Shown here: piece after piece, positions 43,850 to 50,831 of the stretch | Numbering within the stretch: position 1 is the first letter of the stretch | How the letters are laid out: each line of letters opens with the position of its first letter | UHGV virus genome: UHGV-0144957 | Reading direction: 5' to 3' (one strand) | DNA from: a virus | Length of the DNA: 50,831 nucleotides | The notes under the pieces: model-generated | Seen by the model: the letters and a program-made list of their open reading frames with translations, nothing else | Database searches by the model: none | What the model was told of the DNA's origin: nothing | Program-made: the position numbers and the translations under genes

Positions 43850-44911
43850 TTACTGGTTTTCAGTAAGCCCTTTTTTTGTACATTCATTTTCGCTATGCGT
43901 GATTTTATGCGTGATGTCTTCAAAAATGCCAGCAGCTTCCCTGTCGACACCAAGGTCATGCAGATAGATCTCTGTAGTGCGGATGTTCATGTGTCCAAGC
44001 ACCTTCTGCGCCCGGCGCGGGTCTTTGAAGTGGGTAGCCATGAAGTGGCGTAGGCTGTGGGCCGCAAAGAACGGTATACCCGCCTTCTCGCAAAGGCGTT
44101 TCATAAGATACTTGATGCGCGGCGTGGTGCGGGGGTAGGGGAGGCCAGTTCCGGGGGCTTCAAAAACGAAACGCTCATTTTCGCGCAGCGCATAAAGCCG
44201 GAACAGTACACTATATAAGGTAGGACTCATGGCGATGGTGCGCGATTCCCGGTTCCCTCCCCGGCGTTTGCTTGTCCATAACCGGACGGTTCGATTTTCC
44301 AGATCCACATCTTCCCACGCCATTTCCCGGATTTCAGAAATGCGCCCCGCTGTGTGAAGAAGACAGATCAAAAAATCCCGCTCGAAACCAGTAGCGCAAG
44401 CCATGAGCTTGGCAATGTCCCCTTCCGGGGGGATGTACTTTACTGACTGTACCGTTGCGAAAGGTTCCGTCTGCCGAGCAACATTGACCGGAACGTATCC
44501 CTCTCGTGCGGCCCATGAGTAGAGTGCTGATAACTCGATACGGTACTTGTTCGCGGATTTTGCGCTCACGGCTTCCTTGGCCGCTTCGAGGAAGGCTTCA
44601 AGATCGTTTTTTGTGATGGTGGAGAATTCGGTTTTAGGGCCGATGAATTTGTTCAGCTTTCTGAGGACGCTTTTCTTATAGATAAGAGTGTTCTTCTTGC
44701 ATCGTCCTTCGCGTTTTTGCAGATAGAGCGCCGTGACCTCATACAAGGCCAAGCGTTTGGGCATAGTCACGGAGTCCTTGGCGGTCGATTCCCACTTGAG
44801 CGCCTCCAGCTTGGTCAAAAATCCGCCCCGGTACGCGATTCTTTGCCCTCCTTCGAATACTTCCGCCGCGTATCGCATACCATTCTTCGTCTTGTATTTC
44901 CTGATGGACAT
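43850..44911 (-). CDS. int: tyrosine-type site-specific integrase
   Basis: N-terminal arm-binding-type segment SIRKYKTKNGMRYAAEVFEGG. The C-terminal catalytic domain has HSLRHFMATH ... and HMNIRTTEIYLHD (R..H..R..Y). Confidence 0.9.
   Translation of the reverse strand: MSIRKYKTKNGMRYAAEVFEGGQRIAYRGGFLTKLEALKWESTAKDSVTMPKRLALYEVTALYLQKREGRCKKNTLIYKKSVLRKLNKFIGPKTEFSTITKNDLEAFLEAAKEAVSAKSANKYRIELSALYSWAAREGYVPVNVARQTEPFATVQSVKYIPPEGDIAKLMACATGFERDFLICLLHTAGRISEIREMAWEDVDLENRTVRLWTSKRRGGNRESRTIAMSPTLYSVLFRLYALRENERFVFEAPGTGLPYPRTTPRIKYLMKRLCEKAGIPFFAAHSLRHFMATHFKDPRRAQKVLGHMNIRTTEIYLHDLGVDREAAGIFEDITHKITHSENECTKKGLTENQ
43893..43916 (+). repeat. arm-type site pair, right of the att core (CTATGCGTGATT + TTATGCGTGATG)
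   Basis: Direct repeat of 43663-43686, inside the 3' end of the integrase gene region. Confidence 0.55.
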
Positions 44912-45074
44912 GAGAAACCTCTTTGAGTGTATCGCTATCCCATAGAAATCGGACAGAGCGAAGCGTTTTTCCGCGTCCTACGGGGATGTGTGGGTAAATC
45001 TTCCAGATCCTACGGAACGTTTCCCGGCTGATGCCAAGTCGTTCACTCATCTCGTCAGCGGTAAGGGTTTCCAT
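44739..45074 (-). CDS. excisionase/AlpA-like HTH protein (Xis)
   Basis: Strong RBS AAAAGGAGAAAGA-ATG. METLTADEMSERLGISRETFRRIWKIYPHIPVGRGKTLRSVRF is AlpA/Xis-like. The ORF has no stop until 44739, so it overlaps the integrase start in another frame. The true end is uncertain. Confidence 0.5.
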   Translation of the reverse strand: METLTADEMSERLGISRETFRRIWKIYPHIPVGRGKTLRSVRFLWDSDTLKEVSHVHQEIQDEEWYAIRGGSIRRRAKNRVPGRIFDQAGGAQVGIDRQGLRDYAQTLGLV

Positions 45075-45087
45075 TCTTTCTCCTTTT

Positions 45088-45582
45088 CTACGCGGCCCGC
45101 TCATACACCCGCGTCCCAATCTCGGCTATCTGCGGATCAACCTTTTCGAGCGCATTGCACAGCTTGGTTAGCGTTTTAAGCAGGTTGTGCCAGTGAAGGC
45201 CCCGGAAGTATGCGGGGCAGGTGTTCCGGGCGTCTTCGAGGAACGTGAGCCCCGCCCACATTCCGGCGGCCCATTGCGTCCAGCGGGTGGCATCGGTGGT
45301 TGCCGTCTGAACATCCCCGACGTGCCCGGCAAGGATATGGAACCGGGCATCTAGATCCCGCTTTGCGCCAGCGGAGAGCCTGCGTTTCTGTGTGTCGTCT
45401 CCGCATCGGTCAAGCCAGCGGTTGACCTTTTCGATCTGCTTGCCAAGGTCGCCGAGGTGAGGAATGGTTTCCGGCTTGAGGAGTGACAGCGCCACGGTGA
45501 TCATTGACAGGGCCAGAACGCAGCGGGTGTGTTGTATGGCTTCGTGCGGGTATGGGATGATGGGGGTGGTGGGTCTTCGCAT
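45088..45582 (-). CDS. hypothetical protein (164 aa)
   Basis: ORF track. Confidence 0.4.
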   Translation of the reverse strand: MRRPTTPIIPYPHEAIQHTRCVLALSMITVALSLLKPETIPHLGDLGKQIEKVNRWLDRCGDDTQKRRLSAGAKRDLDARFHILAGHVGDVQTATTDATRWTQWAAGMWAGLTFLEDARNTCPAYFRGLHWHNLLKTLTKLCNALEKVDPQIAEIGTRVYERAA

Positions 45583-45622
45583 GATGCTTCTCCTCTATTA
45601 AAAGAAAAGCCCCTGTTCGGGG

Positions 45623-45838
45623 CTACTTCGGTTCGTATTTGTCGGTGGGGACGCATACGGCTATCACTGTATGATTTATCCCGTGTTGCGTCATTATATG
45701 CTTGGCATGTTCTGTACACTGGAACATGCTATTCTGCGGATACTCTCTGGTGTACTCCGAATGCCTTGCGGATTGCCCCTCAATGGTGAGAGGGGAGACG
45801 ATCACGGTCACGATGAGCATTACTCCTGTTACTGCCAT
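45623..45838 (-). CDS. hypothetical membrane-anchored protein (71 aa)
   Basis: N-terminal hydrophobic stretch VTGVMLIVTVIVSPLTI. Weak RBS. Confidence 0.3.
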   Translation of the reverse strand: MAVTGVMLIVTVIVSPLTIEGQSARHSEYTREYPQNSMFQCTEHAKHIMTQHGINHTVIAVCVPTDKYEPK

Positions 45839-45840
45839 AA

Positions 45841-46221
45841 TTACGCCTTCGGTTCACGGGGTTCGGGGATGGGGCCAGCCCATAGTTCATATTGAGAACA
45901 TCCCATTCGGCCCAATTGTTCGATACGGTATTTACTCACATTAATAATACACATTTCATTAGGATAATTTTTTGATCTATTCCAATACATACCCGGCGCC
46001 TTCGGCGGCTCGTCCGTCCACGTCAGCGCACGGGGCAGGGCGTTCCACAATGCGGCGGCTGTTTCTCTGGAACCGTGTTCGCTTGTGGTCAAGCATCCCC
46101 GCGTGCATTGCGCGATCCAACCTATTACGACGTGTCCTTTGTTGTCTCTCTCAAATGCATCTAAAATATGTGCTTCCTCGCCACACGCCGGGCACGGTAG
46201 CAACGTCAGTTCTTCGGGCAT
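45841..46221 (-). CDS. Lar-family restriction-alleviation-like zinc-finger protein
   Basis: Start moved to MPEELTLLPCPACGEEAHILDAF... after RBS AAGGAGAGG. The motif CPxCG...C..C...ALWNALPR is Lar-like. The track's longer N-extension overlaps the methyltransferase gene. Confidence 0.5.
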   Translation of the reverse strand: MPEELTLLPCPACGEEAHILDAFERDNKGHVVIGWIAQCTRGCLTTSEHGSRETAAALWNALPRALTWTDEPPKAPGMYWNRSKNYPNEMCIINVSKYRIEQLGRMGCSQYELWAGPIPEPREPKA

Positions 46222-46727
46222 GATTCCTCTCCTTCCCCCACGGCCTCGCGTGCGGCTTTGTAAAAAGTCATCCAGTGCGTATCTCGGCGTTTCGTTGTCG
46301 TATGTCCAAAAACTGGGCGTCTTGAAAAGCAGGAAAGTACCTCGCGCAAGCTGATTTGTGTTTCGTTCCATTTGAAAATCAAAGTTCCGCCCGGTTTCAA
46401 GACCCTCCAACATTCATCAAAACCTTTGGACAGATCTTCACTCCATGTCAGGCGGTCAAGGCTCCCATATTTTTTCTTTATCCAAGACGTTTCTCCAGCC
46501 TGCAAGAGGTGTGGAGGATCGAAGCAAATAAGAAAAAAGGATTCGTCAGGAAAGGGTAACTTGCGAAAATCGCATATCGTATCCGGGTTTACTTCAAAGA
46601 CTCTGCCGTCACAAAGTATATGCTTTTCTCGTCTGCGGTCACAAAATGCAGCACGACGATCATTTTTATTAAACCAAAGCATTTTTCCACCGCAACAAGG
46701 ATCAAGAATTTGTGGTGCCGTAGTCAT
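46206..46727 (-). CDS. orphan DNA methyltransferase (N6-adenine/N4-cytosine class)
   Basis: Motif I ILDPCCGG and motif IV FDPPHLL (the DPPY/DPPH box). Start chosen at MTTAPQ after RBS AAGGGAGATAGAAAG. No restriction-endonuclease partner is seen. Confidence 0.7.
   Translation of the reverse strand: MTTAPQILDPCCGGKMLWFNKNDRRAAFCDRRREKHILCDGRVFEVNPDTICDFRKLPFPDESFFLICFDPPHLLQAGETSWIKKKYGSLDRLTWSEDLSKGFDECWRVLKPGGTLIFKWNETQISLREVLSCFSRRPVFGHTTTKRRDTHWMTFYKAAREAVGEGEESCPKN
46226..46258 (-). repeat. gene-junction repeat copy 1 (encodes ...AAREAVGEG + RBS + start of next gene)
   Basis: Minus strand: AAGCCGCACGCGAGGCCGTGGGGGAAGGAGAGG. Near-identical copy at 46736-46766. Shorter copies at 47269-47284 and 47093-47104. 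Confidence 0.6.
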
Positions 46728-46731
46728 CTTT

Positions 46732-47082
46732 CTATCTCCCTTCCCCCACGGCCTCGCGTGCGGCTTCCACGAGCCCTTCTGGACTGTCATAAAGCCCCGC
46801 CGTCCCGTCAAACGCTATAATCGCCAGCCAGTACAACTCTCTCTCCAACCGTGCTATCTCTACCTCTTTATAGCCTAGCTGTCTGGTGAATAACTCTCGC
46901 ACGTATTTAGTCTCTTCACGCCAGAAAAATGCTTCTTGCTTTAGCCGTGCTATTTCTTCCTCGGTTTGGTTCAGCGCATTAAGTAGCCGAATGGTGAAAG
47001 TCGTGTGTTCTGCATCGAAACAAGTTAAGTGTGAGAGCAGCCGTTCACGCCACTGGTCGCGCGCTTCTTTCGTTGGGATCAT
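46732..47082 (-). CDS. hypothetical protein (116 aa) ending ...EAAREAVGEGR
   Basis: ORF track. The C-terminus is encoded by junction repeat copy 2 (46736-46766). Confidence 0.45.
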   Translation of the reverse strand: MIPTKEARDQWRERLLSHLTCFDAEHTTFTIRLLNALNQTEEEIARLKQEAFFWREETKYVRELFTRQLGYKEVEIARLERELYWLAIIAFDGTAGLYDSPEGLVEAAREAVGEGR

Positions 47083-47267
47083 TTTTCTTCCACAGCCTCG
47101 CGCCTTTTGATTATCTCATCAGCCTTTTTTATCCAGCACAGTTTTCTTGATACGATGTTTTGACAGCTGTGCAGCCCTCTAAGAGTACATCCTTTACATC
47201 CACCAGAGATGGCAAGCAATTCTGCCAATACCCATATCCTTGCGGCATTTCTTTCATTGGAGTTCAT
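47079..47267 (-). CDS. small hypothetical protein (62 aa) ending ...REAVEEK
   Basis: Internal start MNSNERN of track ORF 47079..47303. The C-terminus again uses the GCCTCGCG junction motif. Confidence 0.3.
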   Translation of the reverse strand: MNSNERNAARIWVLAELLAISGGCKGCTLRGLHSCQNIVSRKLCWIKKADEIIKRREAVEEK

Positions 47268-47775
47268 CTTTTCTGACTGCCTCGCGTGCGGCTTCGCGTA
47301 CATCTTCCGGCAACGGCGGATTCATCGCGCCAGAGTCGATATCGGGCATGAGATCGATGTCTATATATGCGTTTGCAAGCCAAATGCTTAGGACATCAGC
47401 CTCCCGATCCAGCCGCTTAATCTCTTGGCACAGCCTGAAAACCGTAGCCGCAGGCCCCATTTCATCGAGCGCCTTGGAGTCTCCGAGCATGTCGCCAACG
47501 GCGGCGGTTCGGATGCGGGCGAGTTCTTCGGTTCGAGTTTGTGGGCCTCTGTGAGGGAGTTGACCACGATTACTATCTGCGGTTCGGGCATCCTCTTTTT
47601 CCCGCTCACTGTTCAATACTTTATCCCAATCTTGAGGGCGAATGGTCGTGCAAAACAGACATCCAAAGGGGCACTTTTCCACCGGACACTCCATTTCTCC
47701 ATTGTTGCACATATACGCCCGCGCAATGGCCTCTTTCGAGCACTGCATGATGGATTCAAGCGTGGTTTCGTTCAT
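47254..47775 (-). CDS. cysteine-rich hypothetical protein (173 aa) ending ...EAAREAVRKDELQ
   Basis: ORF track. Cys cluster CPVEKCPFGCLFC. Confidence 0.45.
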   Translation of the reverse strand: MNETTLESIMQCSKEAIARAYMCNNGEMECPVEKCPFGCLFCTTIRPQDWDKVLNSEREKEDARTADSNRGQLPHRGPQTRTEELARIRTAAVGDMLGDSKALDEMGPAATVFRLCQEIKRLDREADVLSIWLANAYIDIDLMPDIDSGAMNPPLPEDVREAAREAVRKDELQ

Positions 47776-47953
47776 TGTCTATTTTCTCCCTTTCTTCCCC
47801 GCCCTCTGCTCCATACTTTGCAATAAGCTCTCTCAGTAACTTATGCGCACGGTTCAGATTTTCATTGCTGTGAGAATCCGCAGGGCGGACATCATGCAAC
47901 GCCATGCGTACAGCCCATAATGAGTTAACCAGATCGTATTTATCTTTATTCAC
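47756..47953 (-). CDS. hypothetical protein (65 aa)
   Basis: ORF track, overlapping starts and stops in a tightly packed minus-strand operon. Confidence 0.35.
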   Translation of the reverse strand: MNKDKYDLVNSLWAVRMALHDVRPADSHSNENLNRAHKLLRELIAKYGAEGGEEREKIDNERNHA

Positions 47954-48219
47954 TCTTCCATCTCCTGCTCAACATCTTTTTCATAGCTTGGGCGTCTCCG
48001 CAGGTCAGCAAGTGCTCTTGTCAAATCCATGCTGGATCTAAGTGCGGCGGCATTATATTTTCCTCCATACCAACCTTCTGCATTCAAAGCTGCTTCTGCC
48101 TTTTCAATAAAGCGCTTTGCTTCAAAAATTGCCTTATTGATATTCTTTTTTGTCATACTCATATCTTCATCTCCCGCGCGTTGTTCATGCAGCCGCGCCC
48201 CTGCGCACCATCCACACAA
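47950..48219 (-). CDS. hypothetical protein (89 aa)
   Basis: ORF track. Confidence 0.4.
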   Translation of the reverse strand: MCGWCAGARLHEQRAGDEDMSMTKKNINKAIFEAKRFIEKAEAALNAEGWYGGKYNAAALRSSMDLTRALADLRRRPSYEKDVEQEMEE

Positions 48220-48270
48220 TCCATATGAAGAAGGCGACCCACACCCATGTGAGCCGCCTTTCCCATTTCG

Positions 48271-48618
48271 TCATTTTGATTTTGCCTTTAGTTTTACGAT
48301 GTGTTTTATAATCCTTCTCTCTGGAGCTCGGCAAAAGCTCTTTAAGCGTTCAAGCGCCATTTTTGCGCCTTCATCGTCATCTTTGAGCCCTGTTCCACCA
48401 CAATGAGGACATCCCTCATTAAAATAACGATATTGTTTTTTGAATTGTTTATACGACCACCATGTTGCAAAATCCTCGTATACAATCCAAACCCATATTT
48501 CGCGAAATATTGAGAATATTACCTGTATAAGACAATATATAAGAAAAAGAACAATTGCAGAGCATACAGCAATCCAAAAAACAGCTCCTGTCCAGTACAA
48601 ACAATTATCTAATGTCAT
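48271..48618 (-). CDS. membrane protein with C-terminal CPHCGG zinc-finger (115 aa)
   Basis: Two N-terminal TM helices, then ...NEGCPHCGGTG... Confidence 0.4.
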   Translation of the reverse strand: MTLDNCLYWTGAVFWIAVCSAIVLFLIYCLIQVIFSIFREIWVWIVYEDFATWWSYKQFKKQYRYFNEGCPHCGGTGLKDDDEGAKMALERLKSFCRAPERRIIKHIVKLKAKSK

Positions 48619-48698
48619 ATCTTCCCGCGTGATTCGTATGCGCGGCCCACGGTTTGGGGTATGGAAAGCCCCGCCGGGGGAGGGCGGGGAGTGGGGTG

Positions 48699-48968
48699 CT
48701 ACGCTTTCTCAGCAATCCTTAGCTTGCTTGCCGGAACCGTCCATTTCCCCTCGTAGCCGTATACATTGACGTACATAGCCTTGCGGCCTTTCCCGAAATC
48801 ACGGGGATACGGAGCACAGGATGCCGTCACGGTGACGGTTTGGCGTTCGCCGCCAATCTTCGCCCGGTAGAGGAAACGACGCCCCGGAAAAATTGATGCC
48901 AAATCAGGACATTTTAGTCTGATTTTGGGGAGGTCGTCGGTGTTGGGCATGGCGTATTCTCCATACAA
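48699..48968 (-). CDS. hypothetical protein (89 aa)
   Basis: ORF track. Confidence 0.4.
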   Translation of the reverse strand: MYGEYAMPNTDDLPKIRLKCPDLASIFPGRRFLYRAKIGGERQTVTVTASCAPYPRDFGKGRKAMYVNVYGYEGKWTVPASKLRIAEKA

Positions 48969-48992
48969 CCGGTTTGAGCCGGGCCGGGGTGG

Positions 48993-49490
48993 TTATCGTA
49001 CTTGCAAGCTGTATGTCTTCACCAGAGCACAGCCGGGGATGTGCAGACCTCCCTTGAGGGCTTCTTTGATCGTGGCCTTGTCCGGTTCCATCGTTGTTTT
49101 CGTTCTGCGGTACAACTCTGGAAGCTCTTCCGTTTGCGCCGTTACCGCTACAGCCTCAGATTCCCGAACGCTGATTGTGTAGGCATTTCCTGATACCTTC
49201 TTGAGGCCGTTTTCCCTGAGAATGATAGTGTAGTGTTCCTTGAGCCATGCAAGGCGAGATTCCGCTGCCCTTGCCTTGGCTGCAAGGCGTCTGGACTCTT
49301 CCTTGCAGGCTCCGGCAAGTGCCGACTGGATTTTCAAGAACTGCCCGAATCCATCCACCTTGTCGGCTTCAAGTTTAGCGAGTTCATCAAGATAGGCATC
49401 CATCGCCTCGCGCTGTTCCGGGGTAAGTTCTTCATCGGGAATGGAAAGCATCCCGGCGAGTTCTTGCTGAATTTCGTTGAAAGTCGGCAT
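48993..49490 (-). CDS. Gp157-family-like protein (phage early protein)
   Basis: ~165 aa helical protein located immediately upstream of ssb/erf, as in many siphophage recombination modules. The family call is by recollection only. Confidence 0.4.
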   Translation of the reverse strand: MPTFNEIQQELAGMLSIPDEELTPEQREAMDAYLDELAKLEADKVDGFGQFLKIQSALAGACKEESRRLAAKARAAESRLAWLKEHYTIILRENGLKKVSGNAYTISVRESEAVAVTAQTEELPELYRRTKTTMEPDKATIKEALKGGLHIPGCALVKTYSLQVR

Positions 49491-49500
49491 GTTTCACCTC

Positions 49501-49896
49501 CTAGAAGGGCACAGTGTCCATGCCGGAAGATTCAGAGGGGAAGGATGAACCGGATTTTCCTCCATCCTTTTTGTCGAGGAATTGGATGCGCTGCGCTTTG
49601 ATTTCCGTAGTGTATCGCTTCTGTCCCTGCTGATCCTGCCATTCCCGTGTAGATAATGAACCCTCCACGAATACAAGACTTCCCTTGCTCAAGTATTGGC
49701 TGCAATGTTCAGCGGACTTCTGGAATACAACGACGCTATGCCATTCGGCCTTTTGCACCCGTTTCCCTTCCCGATCCGTGTAACTTTCGTCAGTAGCGAC
49801 ATTGAGACGGCAAATTGCCGCTCCGTTCTGGGAATATTTGAGTTCTGGATCGCGTCCAAGGCGTCCGATGATTTCAACACGATTGAGGCTAGCCAT
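49501..49896 (-). CDS. ssb: single-stranded DNA-binding protein
   Basis: OB-fold N-domain (VEIIGRLGRDPELKYSQNGAAICRLNVATDESY...). Gly/Ser-rich tail ending in the acidic/aromatic tip DTVPF. Confidence 0.85.
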   Translation of the reverse strand: MASLNRVEIIGRLGRDPELKYSQNGAAICRLNVATDESYTDREGKRVQKAEWHSVVVFQKSAEHCSQYLSKGSLVFVEGSLSTREWQDQQGQKRYTTEIKAQRIQFLDKKDGGKSGSSFPSESSGMDTVPF

Positions 49897-50557
49897 TTCG
49901 TCCTCCGTTGATGGCGTTCAGAAATTCGGAAACATCGGCTTTTGTCAGTTCACGGGAGCTTGCAATGGGACGCCCGAAGAATCGTGAAAGTTCGGCAAGG
50001 TAAGCTTCTCGGCTGTCACCATGCCGTTTTGTCAGATAGGACATGAGAAGATCTGACTGTTTTTGCGTCATCGGGCTGGTATTTTCCGCCTTTGCCTTTG
50101 CGCGTTGCTGTGCGGCCCCGTTTTTGGGAGCGAGGTGATCCGTTTCGGCGTCTGGGTCAGGCATTTCCTCCGTAGGGATACAGAACGTCTGGAACATGGC
50201 GTATTTCATGGCAATAGACTGCGCCTTGGGTAACGCCTTGTCTCCGCTGTCCATCGCTTCGCCTACTGTCACACAATGAACGCTGGAACCGTCCTCAGCG
50301 TAAAACGTGAAACGCACCTTTGCGGTCACGTAAGCCATGATTGTGCCTTTGGCATTCGCCCGTTCCTCACGGGTCGTTTCCAGCACTTCCGGCACACAGA
50401 ACACGCCATGCTGTGACATGACTGGATGCAAGGCGTTGTAGACATCATCAATTCCTCGGAACTTAAACGATGCAAAACCACTGGTTTGTCTATCCTTACC
50501 GATTGAGCCACAATCACGCATCACTGCAATGATTGCACTGTAGATCTTTGCTTCCAT
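49889..50557 (-). CDS. erf: ERF-family single-strand annealing recombinase
   Basis: N-terminal ...SGFASFKFRGIDDVYNALHPVMSQHGVF... is typical of the ERF superfamily. It overlaps the ssb start. Confidence 0.7.
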   Translation of the reverse strand: MEAKIYSAIIAVMRDCGSIGKDRQTSGFASFKFRGIDDVYNALHPVMSQHGVFCVPEVLETTREERANAKGTIMAYVTAKVRFTFYAEDGSSVHCVTVGEAMDSGDKALPKAQSIAMKYAMFQTFCIPTEEMPDPDAETDHLAPKNGAAQQRAKAKAENTSPMTQKQSDLLMSYLTKRHGDSREAYLAELSRFFGRPIASSRELTKADVSEFLNAINGGRNG

Positions 50558-50621
50558 ACTTCATCCTTTCACCGCCCATCGGCGGGAACCAAAAACCCCG
50601 GTTGTACCGGGGCCTTCGTTG

Positions 50622-50804
50622 CTATTCTTCGGCATCATCTTGCCAACAAGCGGCATCATGCGCTTTGATGAACTCGATTGCCGCTTTGTAGTATTTCCCA
50701 TGTTGAGAATCACCGTGTTTTTCTTCAACTTTCGCGGTAAACTCTTTCAGCGTACCATAGAAACAACCACATCGAATGTGGATAATCTGCTCGGTTTTGG
50801 TCAC
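50622..50804 (-). CDS. hypothetical protein (60 aa)
   Basis: ORF track. CxxC...C motif. Confidence 0.3.
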   Translation of the reverse strand: MTKTEQIIHIRCGCFYGTLKEFTAKVEEKHGDSQHGKYYKAAIEFIKAHDAACWQDDAEE

Positions 50805-50831
50805 ATATGCTATTTCCTGTCGGGAACCAAT

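Noticed and set aside
45846-45872. Possible fifth copy of the late-promoter motif (CGGTTCACGGGG)
   Set aside because: Only the GTTCACGG core matches. The left half of the dyad is absent and it sits inside or at the end of a minus-strand gene.
1-50831. Search for cas genes (Cas6f/Csy, Cas1/2/3) and for Mu-type transposase A/B genes
   Set aside because: No ORF in the window shows the corresponding motifs. The arrays are orphan, and the Mu-like late region is combined with an integrase-based, non-transposing lifestyle.

Overview
This GC-rich window reads as essentially all temperate-phage DNA, with conspicuous AT-rich islands. It is a mosaic of a lambda-like immunity and early region and a Mu-like late region.

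Left end (1-5.7 kb). Minus-strand accessory ('moron') genes, many of them small ORFs separated by a conserved junction repeat. Also here: a Bro-N/KilA-C antirepressor and a TerB-like protein.

Immunity region. Two adjacent tRNA-type genes sit on the minus strand at 5841-6002, one a plausible tRNA-Met and one a noncanonical tRNA-like element. Next comes a cI-like S24 repressor facing a Cro-like gene across a divergent promoter.

Early-right operon. In order:
- a CII-like regulator;
- a replication initiator containing iteron repeats;
- a TOPRIM/DnaB-type primase-helicase;
- RusA;
- a Mor/C-like late activator.

Late region. A lysis cassette (M15 endolysin, holin-like protein, lipoprotein), then terminase small and large subunits. 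The head module is a portal with a C-terminal extension, MuF-like head morphogenesis protein, scaffold/protease and major capsid. A complete Mu/P2-like contractile tail module follows: sheath, tube, chaperone, tape measure, hub, spike, baseplate gp46/gp47/gp48-like proteins, fiber and fiber-assembly protein.

Accessory island inside the structural operon. A 4.2 kb island lies between the capsid gene and the head-tail genes. It carries YoeB/YefM, a DUF1640-like protein, a cas-less 5-repeat CRISPR array with type I-F-like 28-nt repeats and 32-nt spacers, a second divergent 2-repeat mini-array, an OB-fold membrane protein and a second Bro-N gene.

Right end. After the tail genes sit an att core (the 3' fragment of a tRNA-Ser) flanked on both sides by arm-type repeats, then a tyrosine integrase and an Xis-like gene. 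Beyond these is a minus-strand early-left module: Lar-like protein, orphan DNA methyltransferase, small cassette genes sharing a junction repeat, Gp157-like protein, SSB and ERF recombinase. This module runs off the window end.

Most long antisense ORFs in the six-frame track are GC-driven shadow ORFs. All functional calls rest on motif recognition by eye and should be confirmed with HMM or BLAST searches.
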